Counted from the first letter of the stretch, positions 21,089 to 31,158 are shown. The stretch is 64,000 bases of DNA from an uncultured Erysipelotrichaceae bacterium (GCA_902777015.1 CACYSA010000003.1:13471-77470), one strand, 5' to 3'. Made by a program: numbers and translations. Notes: generated by a model from the letters alone, not told the origin.

Positions 21089-21189
21089 GTTGTCGCCTCA
21101 CTAGCTACAACCGCATAGAAAAGGTTTACAAAACTTTATTAAGTACCTTAATAGCGAGTACTTAGTGATTAAACAAAAGGAGGGACATT
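21089..21189 (+). promoter_or_regulatory. structured 5' leader, possibly an L21-leader-type ribosomal-protein regulatory RNA
   Basis: Two hairpins (ATGCGTTGT..ACAACCGCAT and AAGTAC..GTACTT) between the promoter and the rplU RBS AAGGAGGG. Bacillota rplU operons are known to carry such a leader; identity not verified here. Confidence 0.35.
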
Positions 21190-21505
21190 ATGTACGCAAT
21201 TATTGAAACTGGTGGAAAACAAGTTCGCGTGGAAGTTGGTAGCAAAATCTACGTCGAAAAACTCGATGCCCGATGCCGAAGTCGGTTCTACAATTACCCT
21301 CGACAAAGTGCTCTTAATCGGAGACAAAGCTGTCAAAGTTGGTAACCCATATGTTAAGGGTGCTAGCGTCAACGCTAAAGTCGAGAAACAAGGCAAAGGC
21401 AAAAAAATCCGCGTCTTCAAGTACAAAGCAAAGGCTAACGAACACAAGACCATTGGTCATCGTCAACCATATACTTGCTTAGTTATTGAAGCAATCAATG
21501 CCTAA
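21190..21505 (+). pseudogene. rplU: 50S ribosomal protein L21 gene, frameshifted by a 7-bp tandem duplication
   Basis: ATG 21190 gives [27 protein letters not shown] and then goes out of frame. The rest ([28 protein letters not shown]...[15 protein letters not shown]) is in the +1 frame. CGATGCC occurs twice in tandem (21264-21270 and 21271-21277), and removing one copy restores a 100-aa L21. Confidence 0.85.
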
Positions 21506-21507
21506 TC

Positions 21508-21819
21508 ATGATAAAAGTGATTATTGGCCGTGCATCTAATAACCAAATAAACTTCTTAGAAGTTAAGGGTCACGCTAATTCAGCTGAATATGGACAAGAT
21601 CTTGTCTGTGCGGCAGTGAGTGCAGTGGTGACTGGAGGATTCAATAACTTAGTTAACGTGAAGAATTACGAAATTAAGTTAGAAGAAGGACATGCTTATT
21701 TCAAAAGTGAACGTCCATTAGATGCGCATGATGAAGTAGTGATTGAAACTATCGTGTGTGGGTTAAACACTATACATGAATCAAATCCTAAATTCATCGC
21801 TATCAAAACCGATAAGTAA
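21508..21819 (+). CDS. prp: ribosomal-processing cysteine protease Prp
   Basis: 103 aa located between rplU and rpmA. Contains GHA...DLVCAAVSA, the His/Cys dyad region typical of Prp/YsxB. Confidence 0.85.
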   Translation: MIKVIIGRASNNQINFLEVKGHANSAEYGQDLVCAAVSAVVTGGFNNLVNVKNYEIKLEEGHAYFKSERPLDAHDEVVIETIVCGLNTIHESNPKFIAIKTDK

Positions 21820-21843
21820 TTCGGTAGAAAAGAGGAATTAAAG

Positions 21844-22112
21844 ATGTTATTTAAATTAAATCTCCAACTCTTTGCTAGTAAAAAAGGTGTCGGTTCCACA
21901 AAAAACGGACGTGATTCTGCTGGTCGTAGACTTGGCGACAATGGTGCCATGCAGGTAGCATTATCTACCGTCAAAGAGGAACAAGAATTTACCCAGGTGT
22001 TAACACTAAAAAAGGTAAAGACGATACCATCTTCGCCACATGTAATGGTGTTGTGAAGTATGAACGTTCTGGCAAAGACAGAACAGTCGTGAAAGTCGTT
22101 CCACAAGAATAA
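21844..22112 (+). pseudogene. rpmA: 50S ribosomal protein L27 gene, frameshifted (about 16 nt missing)
   Basis: Frame A gives [31 protein letters not shown] and then nonsense. The canonical continuation [53 protein letters not shown] runs in another frame from 21951 to 22112. Only 14 nt lie between the RRLG and AGS codons. Confidence 0.85.
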
Positions 22113-22130
22113 TTGACAAAATTAAACATT

Positions 22131-22156
22131 AAGACCACAAATTAGTGGTCTTTTTG
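22131..22156 (+). terminator. Rho-independent terminator after rpmA
   Basis: AGACCAC (22132-22138) pairs with GTGGTCT (22145-22151), followed by TTTTT. Confidence 0.7.
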
Positions 22157-22196
22157 TATGCTTTTCTTATATAATAGAAAAGAAAGAAGAATTTTT

Positions 22197-23474
22197 ATGT
22201 TTATCGACCGTGCAGTTATTGAAGTAAGAAGTGGTAAAGGTGGCGATGGCGCCATTGCCTTTTTACGTGAAAAATATGTCGCTAAAGGTGGTCCTGCTGG
22301 TGGTAACGGCGGTCGTGGTGGCTCCATCTTTTTAAGAGCCAGCAAAACTATCAATACATTATTCAATTTCCGTCATAGCAAAACATTCATTGCTAATGAT
22401 GGTGAAAAAGGCGGCATTAAAAACCAATATGGCAAATACGCTGAAGATGTCATCGTTGATGTCCCAATTGGTACAGTTGTCTATCTAGAAGAAGGCAAAG
22501 AATTCCTTGGCGATCTTAATGAAGACGGCAAGATCATTAGAGTGGCTAAAGGTGGTAGAGGTGGAAGAGGAAACTCTTGCTTCAAAAGTTCCACTAATAG
22601 AGTCCCTAAGATTGCTGAAAATGGTGAACCAGGAGAAAGAAAAAGATTAATTCTTGAATTAAAATTATTAGCCGATGTCGGTTTAGTGGGCTTCCCAAGT
22701 GTTGGTAAATCTACACTTTTAAGTGTAGTCAGCGCTGCTAAACCAGAAATCGCTGATTATCCATTTACCACAATTACACCAAATCTTGGTGTTGTCTCCG
22801 TTAAAGATGGCTCATCTTTCGTTATGGCGGACTTACCAGGATTAATTGAAGGTGCCCATTTAGGTAAGGGCTTAGGATTACAGTTCCTTAGACACATAGA
22901 AAGATGCCGTTTAATCGTTCATGTGATTGATTTATCTGAAACAGGTAGAGACCCATATAACGATTATGTTGTTATTAATAAAGAACTCGAACAATATGGC
23001 TTTGCTTTAGATAAACGCCCACAAATTATCGTGGCTTCTAAAATGGATGAAGAAGGGGCAAAAGAAAAACTTGCTAAATTAGAAAAACAAATCGGTCAAG
23101 AAATCATCCCAATCAGTGCGATTACGGAAGAAAATATCGATAAGTTATTATATAAATGTTCTGAAACTCTTAAGAACACTCCATTATTCCCACTTTATGA
23201 TGAAAAAGAAGAAGATCTTGACCATAAGACATACACTCTTGAAGATGAAGAGCCATTCTTCACTATTAGAAGAATTGACGCTCATACATGGTCAATCGAA
23301 GGCGATAAAATGCTCAAGTTCTATAAGATGACCAACATCTCCACTGATGAAGGCATGATGGTCTTAATGAGTAAGATTCGTTCATTAAGAATCGATGATG
23401 AACTTGAAAACCGTGGTGCGGAAGACGGGGATACTGTCATCCTTGATGACTTTGAATTTGAATACGTGAGGTAA
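22197..23474 (+). CDS. obg: GTPase Obg
   Basis: MFIDRAVIEVRSGKGGDGAIAF Obg fold, G1 GFPSVGKST, and a C-terminal OCT domain. ATG 22197 is preferred because it gives the canonical N-terminus. Confidence 0.95.
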   Translation: MFIDRAVIEVRSGKGGDGAIAFLREKYVAKGGPAGGNGGRGGSIFLRASKTINTLFNFRHSKTFIANDGEKGGIKNQYGKYAEDVIVDVPIGTVVYLEEGKEFLGDLNEDGKIIRVAKGGRGGRGNSCFKSSTNRVPKIAENGEPGERKRLILELKLLADVGLVGFPSVGKSTLLSVVSAAKPEIADYPFTTITPNLGVVSVKDGSSFVMADLPGLIEGAHLGKGLGLQFLRHIERCRLIVHVIDLSETGRDPYNDYVVINKELEQYGFALDKRPQIIVASKMDEEGAKEKLAKLEKQIGQEIIPISAITEENIDKLLYKCSETLKNTPLFPLYDEKEEDLDHKTYTLEDEEPFFTIRRIDAHTWSIEGDKMLKFYKMTNISTDEGMMVLMSKIRSLRIDDELENRGAEDGDTVILDDFEFEYVR

Positions 23475-23476
23475 AT

Positions 23477-24217
23477 ATGAAACTTGCTGCTTATTTAAAA
23501 GAAATCGAACAATTCTTAAAGAATTATTTAGAAGAGACACATTGCGATACTTATATTCTAGGTATCTCTGGTGGTGTTGATTCTTCTTTGTGCGCAGCAT
23601 TAGCGAAAAATGCTGTTGGTAAAGATCGTTTATTATGCTTAATCATCCCAATTGAAAGCCAAAAAGCCGATGAAGATGACGCAAAATTATTAGCGCAAGA
23701 ACTTGATTTAAATTATGTCGTTGTTGACGCTAGTGAAATATTTAATAGCTACGTTAATACATATAAGAGTCTTGGTCAAGAATTTGACCGTAGCACTTTG
23801 GGTAATTTAAAAGCCCGTATTAGAATGAGTATTTTATACTCATACGCACAAAAATATCGCGGCTTAGTCATCGGTACAGATAACGCTGATGAAAGATATA
23901 CTGGCTATTTTACTAAACACGGGGATGGTGCATGCGATATCTTACCAATTGCCCATTTATTAAAAGGCGAAGTGGTTGAAGCTTCTAAAATATTAGGTAT
24001 CAGTGATTATCTAGCCGAAAGAGTGCCAACCGCTAGTTTATATGAAGGCCAAACTGATGAACTCGAAATGGGTGTCACATATAAAGATTTAGATAATTAC
24101 ATCCTTGGTTGTAAGGTGGATGAAGTAACTGAAAAGCGCATTCAACATCTTCATAAAATAAGTGAACACAAAAGAGTGCCTACTCCAATGCCAAAAGAGT
24201 TCGATAGAGGTGAATAA
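23477..24217 (+). CDS. nadE: NH3-dependent NAD+ synthetase
   Basis: PP-loop GISGGVDSS. 246 aa, with a conserved C-terminal KRxxP motif. Confidence 0.9.
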   Translation: MKLAAYLKEIEQFLKNYLEETHCDTYILGISGGVDSSLCAALAKNAVGKDRLLCLIIPIESQKADEDDAKLLAQELDLNYVVVDASEIFNSYVNTYKSLGQEFDRSTLGNLKARIRMSILYSYAQKYRGLVIGTDNADERYTGYFTKHGDGACDILPIAHLLKGEVVEASKILGISDYLAERVPTASLYEGQTDELEMGVTYKDLDNYILGCKVDEVTEKRIQHLHKISEHKRVPTPMPKEFDRGE

Positions 24218-24315
24218 TGAAGGTTAATAAATTAGAGACTGTCATCATATCTAGTTTACTGAGTGCCTTAGCAATATTGCTTTTCCTATTTCTCTTCATT
24301 CTCACTAACTTATAA
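24217..24315 (+). CDS. possible 32-aa hydrophobic peptide (MKVNKLETVIISSLLSALAILLFLFLFILTNL)
   Basis: Its ATG shares one base with the nadE TAA stop (24215-24219 = TAATG). It has a single TM-like helix and is too short for the ORF track. No independent RBS. Confidence 0.3.
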   Translation: MKVNKLETVIISSLLSALAILLFLFLFILTNL

Positions 24316-24332
24316 AATAAGAGGTAATAAAC

Positions 24333-24884
24333 ATGATTTATTCTTTAAAAGGCAAAGTTTTAATGACTGATGGTGATACAGTAGTAATCGACGTCCATGA
24401 TGTCGGCTACCAAGTTTTAGTCAGCCATATTAGCGAATACGAAATTGGTCAAGAAGTGTTTCTATACACTTATAACGTCATTAGAGAAGATGAACAGTAT
24501 TTAGTGGGCTTCTCATCTTTGGATGAAAAGAAAGTCTTCTTAGCCTTAATCAAAGTTAAAGGTTTAGGACCAAAAACAGTTATTGGTGCATTAAGCGCGA
24601 CTACAGTGGATGGTGTGAAAAACGCCATTGCTTCCAATAACGTTGCTTATTTAAAGAAGTTACCTGGCATTGGTGCTAAAGCCGCTAGTCAGATTATCCT
24701 CGACTTAAAAGGCGAATTAACTGGTACCAAAGGTGATCCAGGTGTTTATGATGAAGTTTATGAAGCTTTAAAAGAATTAGGTTTCAAAGGTGCCGCTATT
24801 GACCGCGTGCTTGCCACAATCAATGAAAAAGATGCTGCTCCTGAAGAAATCTTACGTCTTGCTTTAGCAAAATTAAGGAAATAA
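24333..24884 (+). CDS. ruvA: Holliday junction DNA helicase RuvA
   Basis: OB-fold N-terminus (MIYSLKGKV), HhH motifs (VKGLGPKT and LPGIGAKAA), and adjacency to ruvB. Confidence 0.9.
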   Translation: MIYSLKGKVLMTDGDTVVIDVHDVGYQVLVSHISEYEIGQEVFLYTYNVIREDEQYLVGFSSLDEKKVFLALIKVKGLGPKTVIGALSATTVDGVKNAIASNNVAYLKKLPGIGAKAASQIILDLKGELTGTKGDPGVYDEVYEALKELGFKGAAIDRVLATINEKDAAPEEILRLALAKLRK

Positions 24885-24885
24885 T

Positions 24886-25896
24886 ATGTCAAGATTATTA
24901 GATGCTAATCGTAATAATAGTGAATCACAAGAAGAGTTATCTTTAAGACCACAAACATTAAATGAATATGTCGGTCAAAAAGATTTAAAAGCCAATCTTC
25001 AAGTTTTTATTGGTGCCGCTCTTCATAGAGACGAACCATTAGACCATATCCTTTTATATGGCCCTCCAGGATTAGGCAAAACAACATTAGCCTATGTCAT
25101 CGCTAATGAAATGCACGCTAATATCCATTTTGTTAATGGTCCAGCCTTAGAAAAACCAGGTGATTTAGGTGCTATTTTAAGCAATTTAAATAAAGATGGT
25201 GGAGATATTCTCTTCATCGACGAAATACATCGACTTCCACGAATTGTGGAAGAAACACTTTATAACGCCATGGAAGATTTTAAATTCTCTGTTGTTATTA
25301 ACCGCGATACCAGTGCCAGAACTTTAACCATTGATTTGCCCCCTTTTACACTGATAGGCGCAACCACCCGAGCGGGTAACCTTAGTGCCCCTCTTAGAAG
25401 TAGATTTGGTATCTCTGAGAAACTCAATTTCTACGACATTGATGAATGCGTCAAAATCGTTAAAAGAACTGCAAAAGTTTTCAATACAACGATTGAAGAT
25501 GCTGCCGCTTTAGAAATCGCTAAACGCTCACGTGGCACCCCGCGTATTGCAAATAGATTATTTAGACGTGTTCGTGACTTTGCTAACTATGCTGGTCAAG
25601 ACCATATTACTGTTAACGACGCTCTTCAAGCCTTAAAAGCATTAAAAGTTGATGAGCTTGGTTTAGATGATGTTGATATTAGATATTTAAGAACAATTAT
25701 CGAAAGATTCAGAGGTGGACCAGTTGGTTTAGATACCTTAGCGAGCGCGATTGGTGAAGAAATTGATAATTTAGAAGATGTCTATGAACCATATTTATTA
25801 CAAATTGGAATGATTGATCGTACCGCTCGCGGTAGAGTGGCGACTGATAAAGCCTATAAACATCTCAAGATTAATTATCAAGAAAAATTATTTTAA
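24886..25896 (+). CDS. ruvB: Holliday junction DNA helicase RuvB
   Basis: [12 protein letters not shown], Walker [10 protein letters not shown], Walker B LFIDEIH, and the [10 protein letters not shown] motif. Confidence 0.95.
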   Translation: MSRLLDANRNNSESQEELSLRPQTLNEYVGQKDLKANLQVFIGAALHRDEPLDHILLYGPPGLGKTTLAYVIANEMHANIHFVNGPALEKPGDLGAILSNLNKDGGDILFIDEIHRLPRIVEETLYNAMEDFKFSVVINRDTSARTLTIDLPPFTLIGATTRAGNLSAPLRSRFGISEKLNFYDIDECVKIVKRTAKVFNTTIEDAAALEIAKRSRGTPRIANRLFRRVRDFANYAGQDHITVNDALQALKALKVDELGLDDVDIRYLRTIIERFRGGPVGLDTLASAIGEEIDNLEDVYEPYLLQIGMIDRTARGRVATDKAYKHLKINYQEKLF

Positions 25897-25925
25897 TAAT
25901 TTTACCCATTAAACTAACTAGCAAT

Positions 25926-25957
25926 GAACAAGATTTATATTCTTGTTCTTTTATTTT
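25926..25957 (+). terminator. Rho-independent terminator after ruvB
   Basis: GAACAAGA (25926-25933) pairs with TCTTGTTC (25941-25948), followed by TTTTATTTT. Confidence 0.75.
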
Positions 25958-25979
25958 GAAATAATCGGAGATAAAAATA

Positions 25980-26008
25980 TTGAATTACTTATGTAATTAG
26001 GGTATAGT
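25980..26008 (+). promoter_or_regulatory. candidate sigma-A promoter of secDF
   Basis: TTGAAT (25980-25985), a 17-nt spacer, then TATAGT (26003-26008). Confidence 0.45.
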
Positions 26009-26063
26009 ATTGAATGACGTCGCTTGCGAGCGAATGCATACACACGTATTAGGAGGAGAAAAT

Positions 26064-28763
26064 ATGCGTAGATTATGGTCACACATTGTCATTGCGGCTA
26101 CTTCGCTATTGATGGTTGGGGCAACATTTGCCACCGTAGTTACAAATATTAATAGTAATATCGAATTTGAGAAAGGTCGTGAACTCGTTTTCCGCGTTTC
26201 CAATAAAGATGCTGATGGTAACGTTGATAAAGATTATGTCTTTACCGATAATACCGCCGTTAATGAAACCGCGAAAATCATGGAAAAGAGATTAGCAAAC
26301 GCTAACGTTTCCCGTTATCAAGTTGAAACCCAAGGCTATGACACCATTAAAGTTTCATTTGTCCAAGATACCGACCAACAATATGAAATTATTCAAAATT
26401 ATCTTTCTTTCAACGCTACTTTAGCGATTTCTAACTCTAAAGATACCTTAGCGTTATCAAACGAATTCCTTGATCCAAAGAAAGATGCTTACATGGAAAC
26501 TTCTGAAGGCTATCCAGCCATCATTATTCCAATCAATAAAGATAATGAATTATTCCAAGCTGTCTATACAGGCGCTAAGGAAATGAGTGATAACAACACT
26601 GGTGAAGTCAAAGAAGAAAAAGAAGCAGCGGAAGGTGAAGAACCAGAAACAATCAACCATGCTTACTTATATCTCTGGTATGACTATATCCAAGATTATT
26701 ATTCATACAGCAAAATCGATCAAAATTCTCCTGATACATACGATGCGACAATCGCTAGCAAGGTCTTAATGACATTTGATGCTGCTAATCCATTCTCCGA
26801 TGAAGATCAAACAGCATTAAGAGCTTATGTCAATCCAACAAATAGCGATGGTGAAGAAGTCACCGCTGAAAATTTAAGAAAAGCTTATGAAAACGCCCGT
26901 TACTACGTTAACTTACTTAACGCTGGTAAAATGGACTACCACGTCGAATTCTTATTCTCCCAAAGAGCGGAATTCCTCGTTGAAAGCTTAGTTTCCTTAG
27001 ATACACATGAAACAATTGCTTGGAGCAGAACATTTGTTGCGACATTATGCGCAATTGCTGTCATTAGCTTATTACTTATCTATTTTTATAGATTAGGCGC
27101 TAGTAGTGTGGCAGTCACATCAATTGTTTCCACATTCCTTGGTTTATTATTCGTCGTCCTTTTAGGCGCTGAATATAACGTTGCTGGTTTAGTCGGTTTA
27201 GTGGCCTTAGGCTTAACAAGTGTCATCTCTGGCATTGTCTATTTAAATAAATTTAAAGAAGAATGCTACCGTGGTAGAACACTTAAGAAAGCTAACGCTG
27301 AAGCCGCTAAAAAAGCTTTATTGCCAACTATCGACTTACATGTCGTTTTAGTGGCGATGGGTGTTGCGTGCTACTTATTAGGTGGTGTCATCATGAAATC
27401 ATTCGCTGTTGTCACTATCTTAGGTGGTATTGCTTCCTTATTATTAAACCTTCTTGGTTTACGTGGCTTAATGTGGTTAGTGACAAACGAACAAGGCTTA
27501 ACAGGCCGCTACGACTTATTCGATGTCGCTGAAGATCAAGTTGCTGATCCTTTAAAAGTCGTTGACGAAAACGAAGAAAACGCTACTCCAAAACAAGTTC
27601 ACGAAAAGAACTTCACAAAGCATAAAAAGGCTGTTGGTATTACCGCCATTGTCTTATTTGTCGCTAGCGTTGCCACTTTAGTGACATTCGGTATTGTCAA
27701 TAAGGGTAGTGTTTATCAATCCACAAATCCAAATGGCAATAGCCAAGTCTATTTAGAATATACTTCTGAAATCGCTAATAACACCGCTTTAAAAGCTGAT
27801 GTTAAAGATAAAATTGATAACATTCTTGCTTACTCTTCATTAAAAGATCAAAAATTAAGCGATATCGTCGAAGTGGAAACATATGATTATGTGACCAAAT
27901 ACGATAGCACTAAATCCGGTACAAGAACTGTTTATTATGCTTATTACCGTTTATCTTTCAATCAATATTTAAAAGGCACAGAAGTCATTAAATATAACGA
28001 CACAGAAAGAAATATTTCTTTCGAAACTCCAGTTAGTGATTTCTTCACCGTTGATGAATTAGATAGCGTTTCTGGTGCCGCTTTATCTCTTCCAACATCT
28101 CTTAAAGTTTCTTTAAAAGATAGTGTGAGAATTAATGCTGACCAACCACAATTTGTTAAACTTGCTTTAGCAACAACTGTGGGTATCGCTATCAGTGCTT
28201 TATATCTCTTATTACGTTATCGTTTAAGCCGTGGCTTAGCCTCCTTAATCATTCCTGTGGCCGCTACTGGTATTACCGCTGGTTTATTCTCAGCTTTACA
28301 TTTCTTACCAGTCACTTCTTATGTGAGTGTGGCCTTACCATTCGTTGCTATCTTCTCATTAGCAATCGCCATTATCTTTATGAATAAAGAAAGAGAAATG
28401 GTTTTAGACGATAGAACTAGAGATAATTCTGTTGAAGCAAGAAATGCTTTAATGGTCAAAGCGACATCATTAGCCAGCACACCAATTACCATTTCATTCA
28501 TCATGGCGTTATATCTTGGTGTTAACTTCTTTGGTTTCTTCTATACCTCAGTCAGTTACATCTTCTTAGCCATCACCTTGGGTGTTTGCTTCGCAATTGG
28601 CTTAACTCTTGTCTGCTATGGTCCATTAGCCCAAGTCTTCTATAAAGCCTTCTCTGGCGTTAAAGTGTTCAAGCCAAGAGAAAAGAAAAAGAAAGCTCGC
28701 CCAGTTCGCGTTAAGAAATCAGCCGAACCTGAAGAAGCAATCTTTATTGGTATTAACGATTAA
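26064..28763 (+). CDS. secDF: protein translocase subunit SecDF (fused)
   Basis: About 899 aa with two 6-TM blocks separated by a second extracytoplasmic region. ATG 26064 lies 6 nt after AGGAGGAG, so the track start at 26010 is rejected. Confidence 0.85.
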   Translation: MRRLWSHIVIAATSLLMVGATFATVVTNINSNIEFEKGRELVFRVSNKDADGNVDKDYVFTDNTAVNETAKIMEKRLANANVSRYQVETQGYDTIKVSFVQDTDQQYEIIQNYLSFNATLAISNSKDTLALSNEFLDPKKDAYMETSEGYPAIIIPINKDNELFQAVYTGAKEMSDNNTGEVKEEKEAAEGEEPETINHAYLYLWYDYIQDYYSYSKIDQNSPDTYDATIASKVLMTFDAANPFSDEDQTALRAYVNPTNSDGEEVTAENLRKAYENARYYVNLLNAGKMDYHVEFLFSQRAEFLVESLVSLDTHETIAWSRTFVATLCAIAVISLLLIYFYRLGASSVAVTSIVSTFLGLLFVVLLGAEYNVAGLVGLVALGLTSVISGIVYLNKFKEECYRGRTLKKANAEAAKKALLPTIDLHVVLVAMGVACYLLGGVIMKSFAVVTILGGIASLLLNLLGLRGLMWLVTNEQGLTGRYDLFDVAEDQVADPLKVVDENEENATPKQVHEKNFTKHKKAVGITAIVLFVASVATLVTFGIVNKGSVYQSTNPNGNSQVYLEYTSEIANNTALKADVKDKIDNILAYSSLKDQKLSDIVEVETYDYVTKYDSTKSGTRTVYYAYYRLSFNQYLKGTEVIKYNDTERNISFETPVSDFFTVDELDSVSGAALSLPTSLKVSLKDSVRINADQPQFVKLALATTVGIAISALYLLLRYRLSRGLASLIIPVAATGITAGLFSALHFLPVTSYVSVALPFVAIFSLAIAIIFMNKEREMVLDDRTRDNSVEARNALMVKATSLASTPITISFIMALYLGVNFFGFFYTSVSYIFLAITLGVCFAIGLTLVCYGPLAQVFYKAFSGVKVFKPREKKKKARPVRVKKSAEPEEAIFIGIND

Positions 28764-28770
28764 TTTATAA

Positions 28771-28797
28771 GGCTGCCCAAAAAGCGGCCTTTATTTT
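28771..28797 (+). terminator. Rho-independent terminator after secDF
   Basis: GGCTGC pairs with GCGGCC (one G-U pair), followed by TTTATTTTA. Confidence 0.55.
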
Positions 28798-28805
28798 ATA
28801 AAATT

Positions 28806-30371
28806 ATGGAATCTTTATTAAATAGACTATTAAATTACTATCAAATTGATGAAAATGACTATCAAAAGATCATCGCTCCAGTCGACGAGACTAATTTTGC
28901 CGCTGGTCATCAATTTAAAGATATCGATAAATGCGTCGAATTAGTCAAAACCGCGATGAAAGAAAATAAAAAGATCTTCATATATGGGGATTATGACTGT
29001 GATGGCATTATGTCGATATCGATTTTAGTGAAGATGTTTAGCTATTTTAATTATCCAGTTGCTTACCATGTTCCTAATAGATATTTAGATGGTTATGGTT
29101 TAACCGTTAAAAGAGCAGAGGAAATAGTGGAAAATGGCTATGAATTATTAATTACAGTTGATAATGGTGTCACCGCTTTTGAAGGCATTAAATACGCTAA
29201 AGAGCATGGCTTACAAGTTTTAATATTCGATCACCATCAAACTGATGACATTTTGCCTGTTGCCGATTATATCCTTCATCCAGTTGTTTCTAATTTTGGC
29301 GAAGTGGCAACTAGCGCGGGTTTTGTGACATTCATGTTTGCTAAAGAATGTTTAGGTAGATTTGATCAATATCTCGCCACTTTAGCGGCCATTTCTGTCG
29401 TTAGTGACATGATGCCACTTAGAAGTTATAACCGTAATTTATTACGCGTGGTCATCGCTAAATATAAAGAAAATTCTTTCTTTAATATCGACTTATTAAG
29501 AGAAAAAGAACCATTTAACGAAGTAGCGATTGGTATGAAAATCGCTCCAAAAGTTAACGCTGTCGGTCGTTTAGTGGAAGATGATAATTTATTATCTAAA
29601 ACAGTAACATTCTTCACTAGTGATGATAAACAATTACTTTTAAACTACAACGAATGGATAAATGAAATAAATAACGAAAGAAAAGATATTACTAAAATCG
29701 CTGTCGAAAATAGTAAAGAAATCGATACTAGCACTCCAGCGATTATGACTGTCATTAATGAAAAAGAAGGCATCATTGGTTTAATCGCTAATTATTTTGC
29801 TAAAAAATATCATAAACCAACGATTATCTTCGCTCTTGATAGCACTGGTGAAGTTTATAAAGGCTCATGCCGCGCTCCTAAAGGATTTAATGTCGTTGAT
29901 GCTTTTAATGCTTTAGATAAATATTTATTGACCGCTGGAGGACATGCTTCCGCTGGTGGCTGTTCTGTTAGTAAAGAATATTTTGAAGAATTTAAAAAAG
30001 CCTTTAATGCTTTAGCGGCCTCTACTCCAATTATTGAAGAAGAGGAAGAATCAATCGATTTATATATCAATGAAATCAACCGCGAAAATTACGAATTAGT
30101 GGAATCATTTTCTCCTTTTGGAGAAACATGGCAGTCCCCACGCTTCAAATTATCACATATTAGAACACAGTCTTTGTTATATTCAAGAGATTCACAACAT
30201 ATCTTAACAAGCATCGGTAACAATGCGCGTTTAACTGGTTTTTATTTCCCAAAAGAAAAAGTCAATGAAAATCAATTTGTCGATATGATTGGTACTCTCC
30301 GTTTATCAACATATTACAATAATGTGACTGTCGAATTTTTAATTAGTGAGATATTAGAAAGCACAAAATAG
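28806..30371 (+). CDS. recJ: single-stranded-DNA-specific exonuclease RecJ (short form)
   Basis: DHH-family motifs (IYGDYDCDG, TVDNG, FDHHQ) and a DHHA1 region (GGHASAGG). 521 aa. Confidence 0.85.
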   Translation: MESLLNRLLNYYQIDENDYQKIIAPVDETNFAAGHQFKDIDKCVELVKTAMKENKKIFIYGDYDCDGIMSISILVKMFSYFNYPVAYHVPNRYLDGYGLTVKRAEEIVENGYELLITVDNGVTAFEGIKYAKEHGLQVLIFDHHQTDDILPVADYILHPVVSNFGEVATSAGFVTFMFAKECLGRFDQYLATLAAISVVSDMMPLRSYNRNLLRVVIAKYKENSFFNIDLLREKEPFNEVAIGMKIAPKVNAVGRLVEDDNLLSKTVTFFTSDDKQLLLNYNEWINEINNERKDITKIAVENSKEIDTSTPAIMTVINEKEGIIGLIANYFAKKYHKPTIIFALDSTGEVYKGSCRAPKGFNVVDAFNALDKYLLTAGGHASAGGCSVSKEYFEEFKKAFNALAASTPIIEEEEESIDLYINEINRENYELVESFSPFGETWQSPRFKLSHIRTQSLLYSRDSQHILTSIGNNARLTGFYFPKEKVNENQFVDMIGTLRLSTYYNNVTVEFLISEILESTK

Positions 30372-30393
30372 ATTTTTGTGCGATAATAGATTT

Positions 30394-31071
30394 ATGAAGA
30401 AGTCTTTGTTAGCCTTAATTCCCACCCTTTTAATGATTACTGCTTGTGATGGCTCTAGCTTTAAGGTGGACTTTTTAAACGGCATCTCTCATGAGCCAGG
30501 TATGGAAAATCAAAGCACACCATATAGCTACGCTAGTGTAGCGTATTCATATACAGTTAATAGTTCATATGATGTCAGTGCGCTTAATAAAGTCACATTC
30601 ACATTTAAAAATATCAATGTCTCAGATTCAGATGTCGTCAATGTTGAAACGATTAAATCATATATCGATTGTCCTAATCCTAATTTCACCTTTACAATTG
30701 GTGAAAATGTTAAACATTTCGGCACTAAAAATGATGGCTTTGCCTTCCTAGGCAATGATTATAACGATGAATATGGTCAGATTACATTTAACGTTTCTGA
30801 ACAAATTAAAAATGTCACCGTTAAAGTCAAACAATATTCATATTTAAAAACTGCATTTAACGAAAATAAATTAATCGTTGATGAAGATGTCGCGATTGGC
30901 TGTAATGACATTGGATTTATCAAAATTGATAAGCCAATATTTAACGAAGATCAAAGCGAAATCATTAATGACACAACATGCGCTTTTGCTTTTAATGAAC
31001 CCACTAATGCAATCACCATTAAAGCGGGTAGAAAACGCGCTATATTAGAAGAGATTAATTTTTATTACTAA
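30394..31071 (+). CDS. lipoprotein, unknown function
   Basis: MKKSLLALIPTLLMITAC signal peptide with lipobox. ATG 30394 is preferred over the track start at 30376. Confidence 0.6.
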   Translation: MKKSLLALIPTLLMITACDGSSFKVDFLNGISHEPGMENQSTPYSYASVAYSYTVNSSYDVSALNKVTFTFKNINVSDSDVVNVETIKSYIDCPNPNFTFTIGENVKHFGTKNDGFAFLGNDYNDEYGQITFNVSEQIKNVTVKVKQYSYLKTAFNENKLIVDEDVAIGCNDIGFIKIDKPIFNEDQSEIINDTTCAFAFNEPTNAITIKAGRKRAILEEINFYY

Positions 31072-31158
31072 AAGATAATAGAAATATTCTTAATATCAAT
31101 GCTTTTTAGTTACTTTAACATGTAAAAATGTTAGTATTTTACTCATATAGAGGTAATT

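Noticed and set aside
26010-26063. An 18-codon N-terminal extension of SecDF in the track (MNDVACERMHTHVLGGEN).
   Set aside because: It overlaps the predicted promoter and 5' UTR. ATG 26064 has a strong AGGAGGAG RBS and begins directly with the signal-anchor sequence. The same reasoning was applied to the extensions at 36962 (hisS), 42492 (nusB), 44079 (xseB), 22158 (obg), 30376, 7687, 59316 and 60860.
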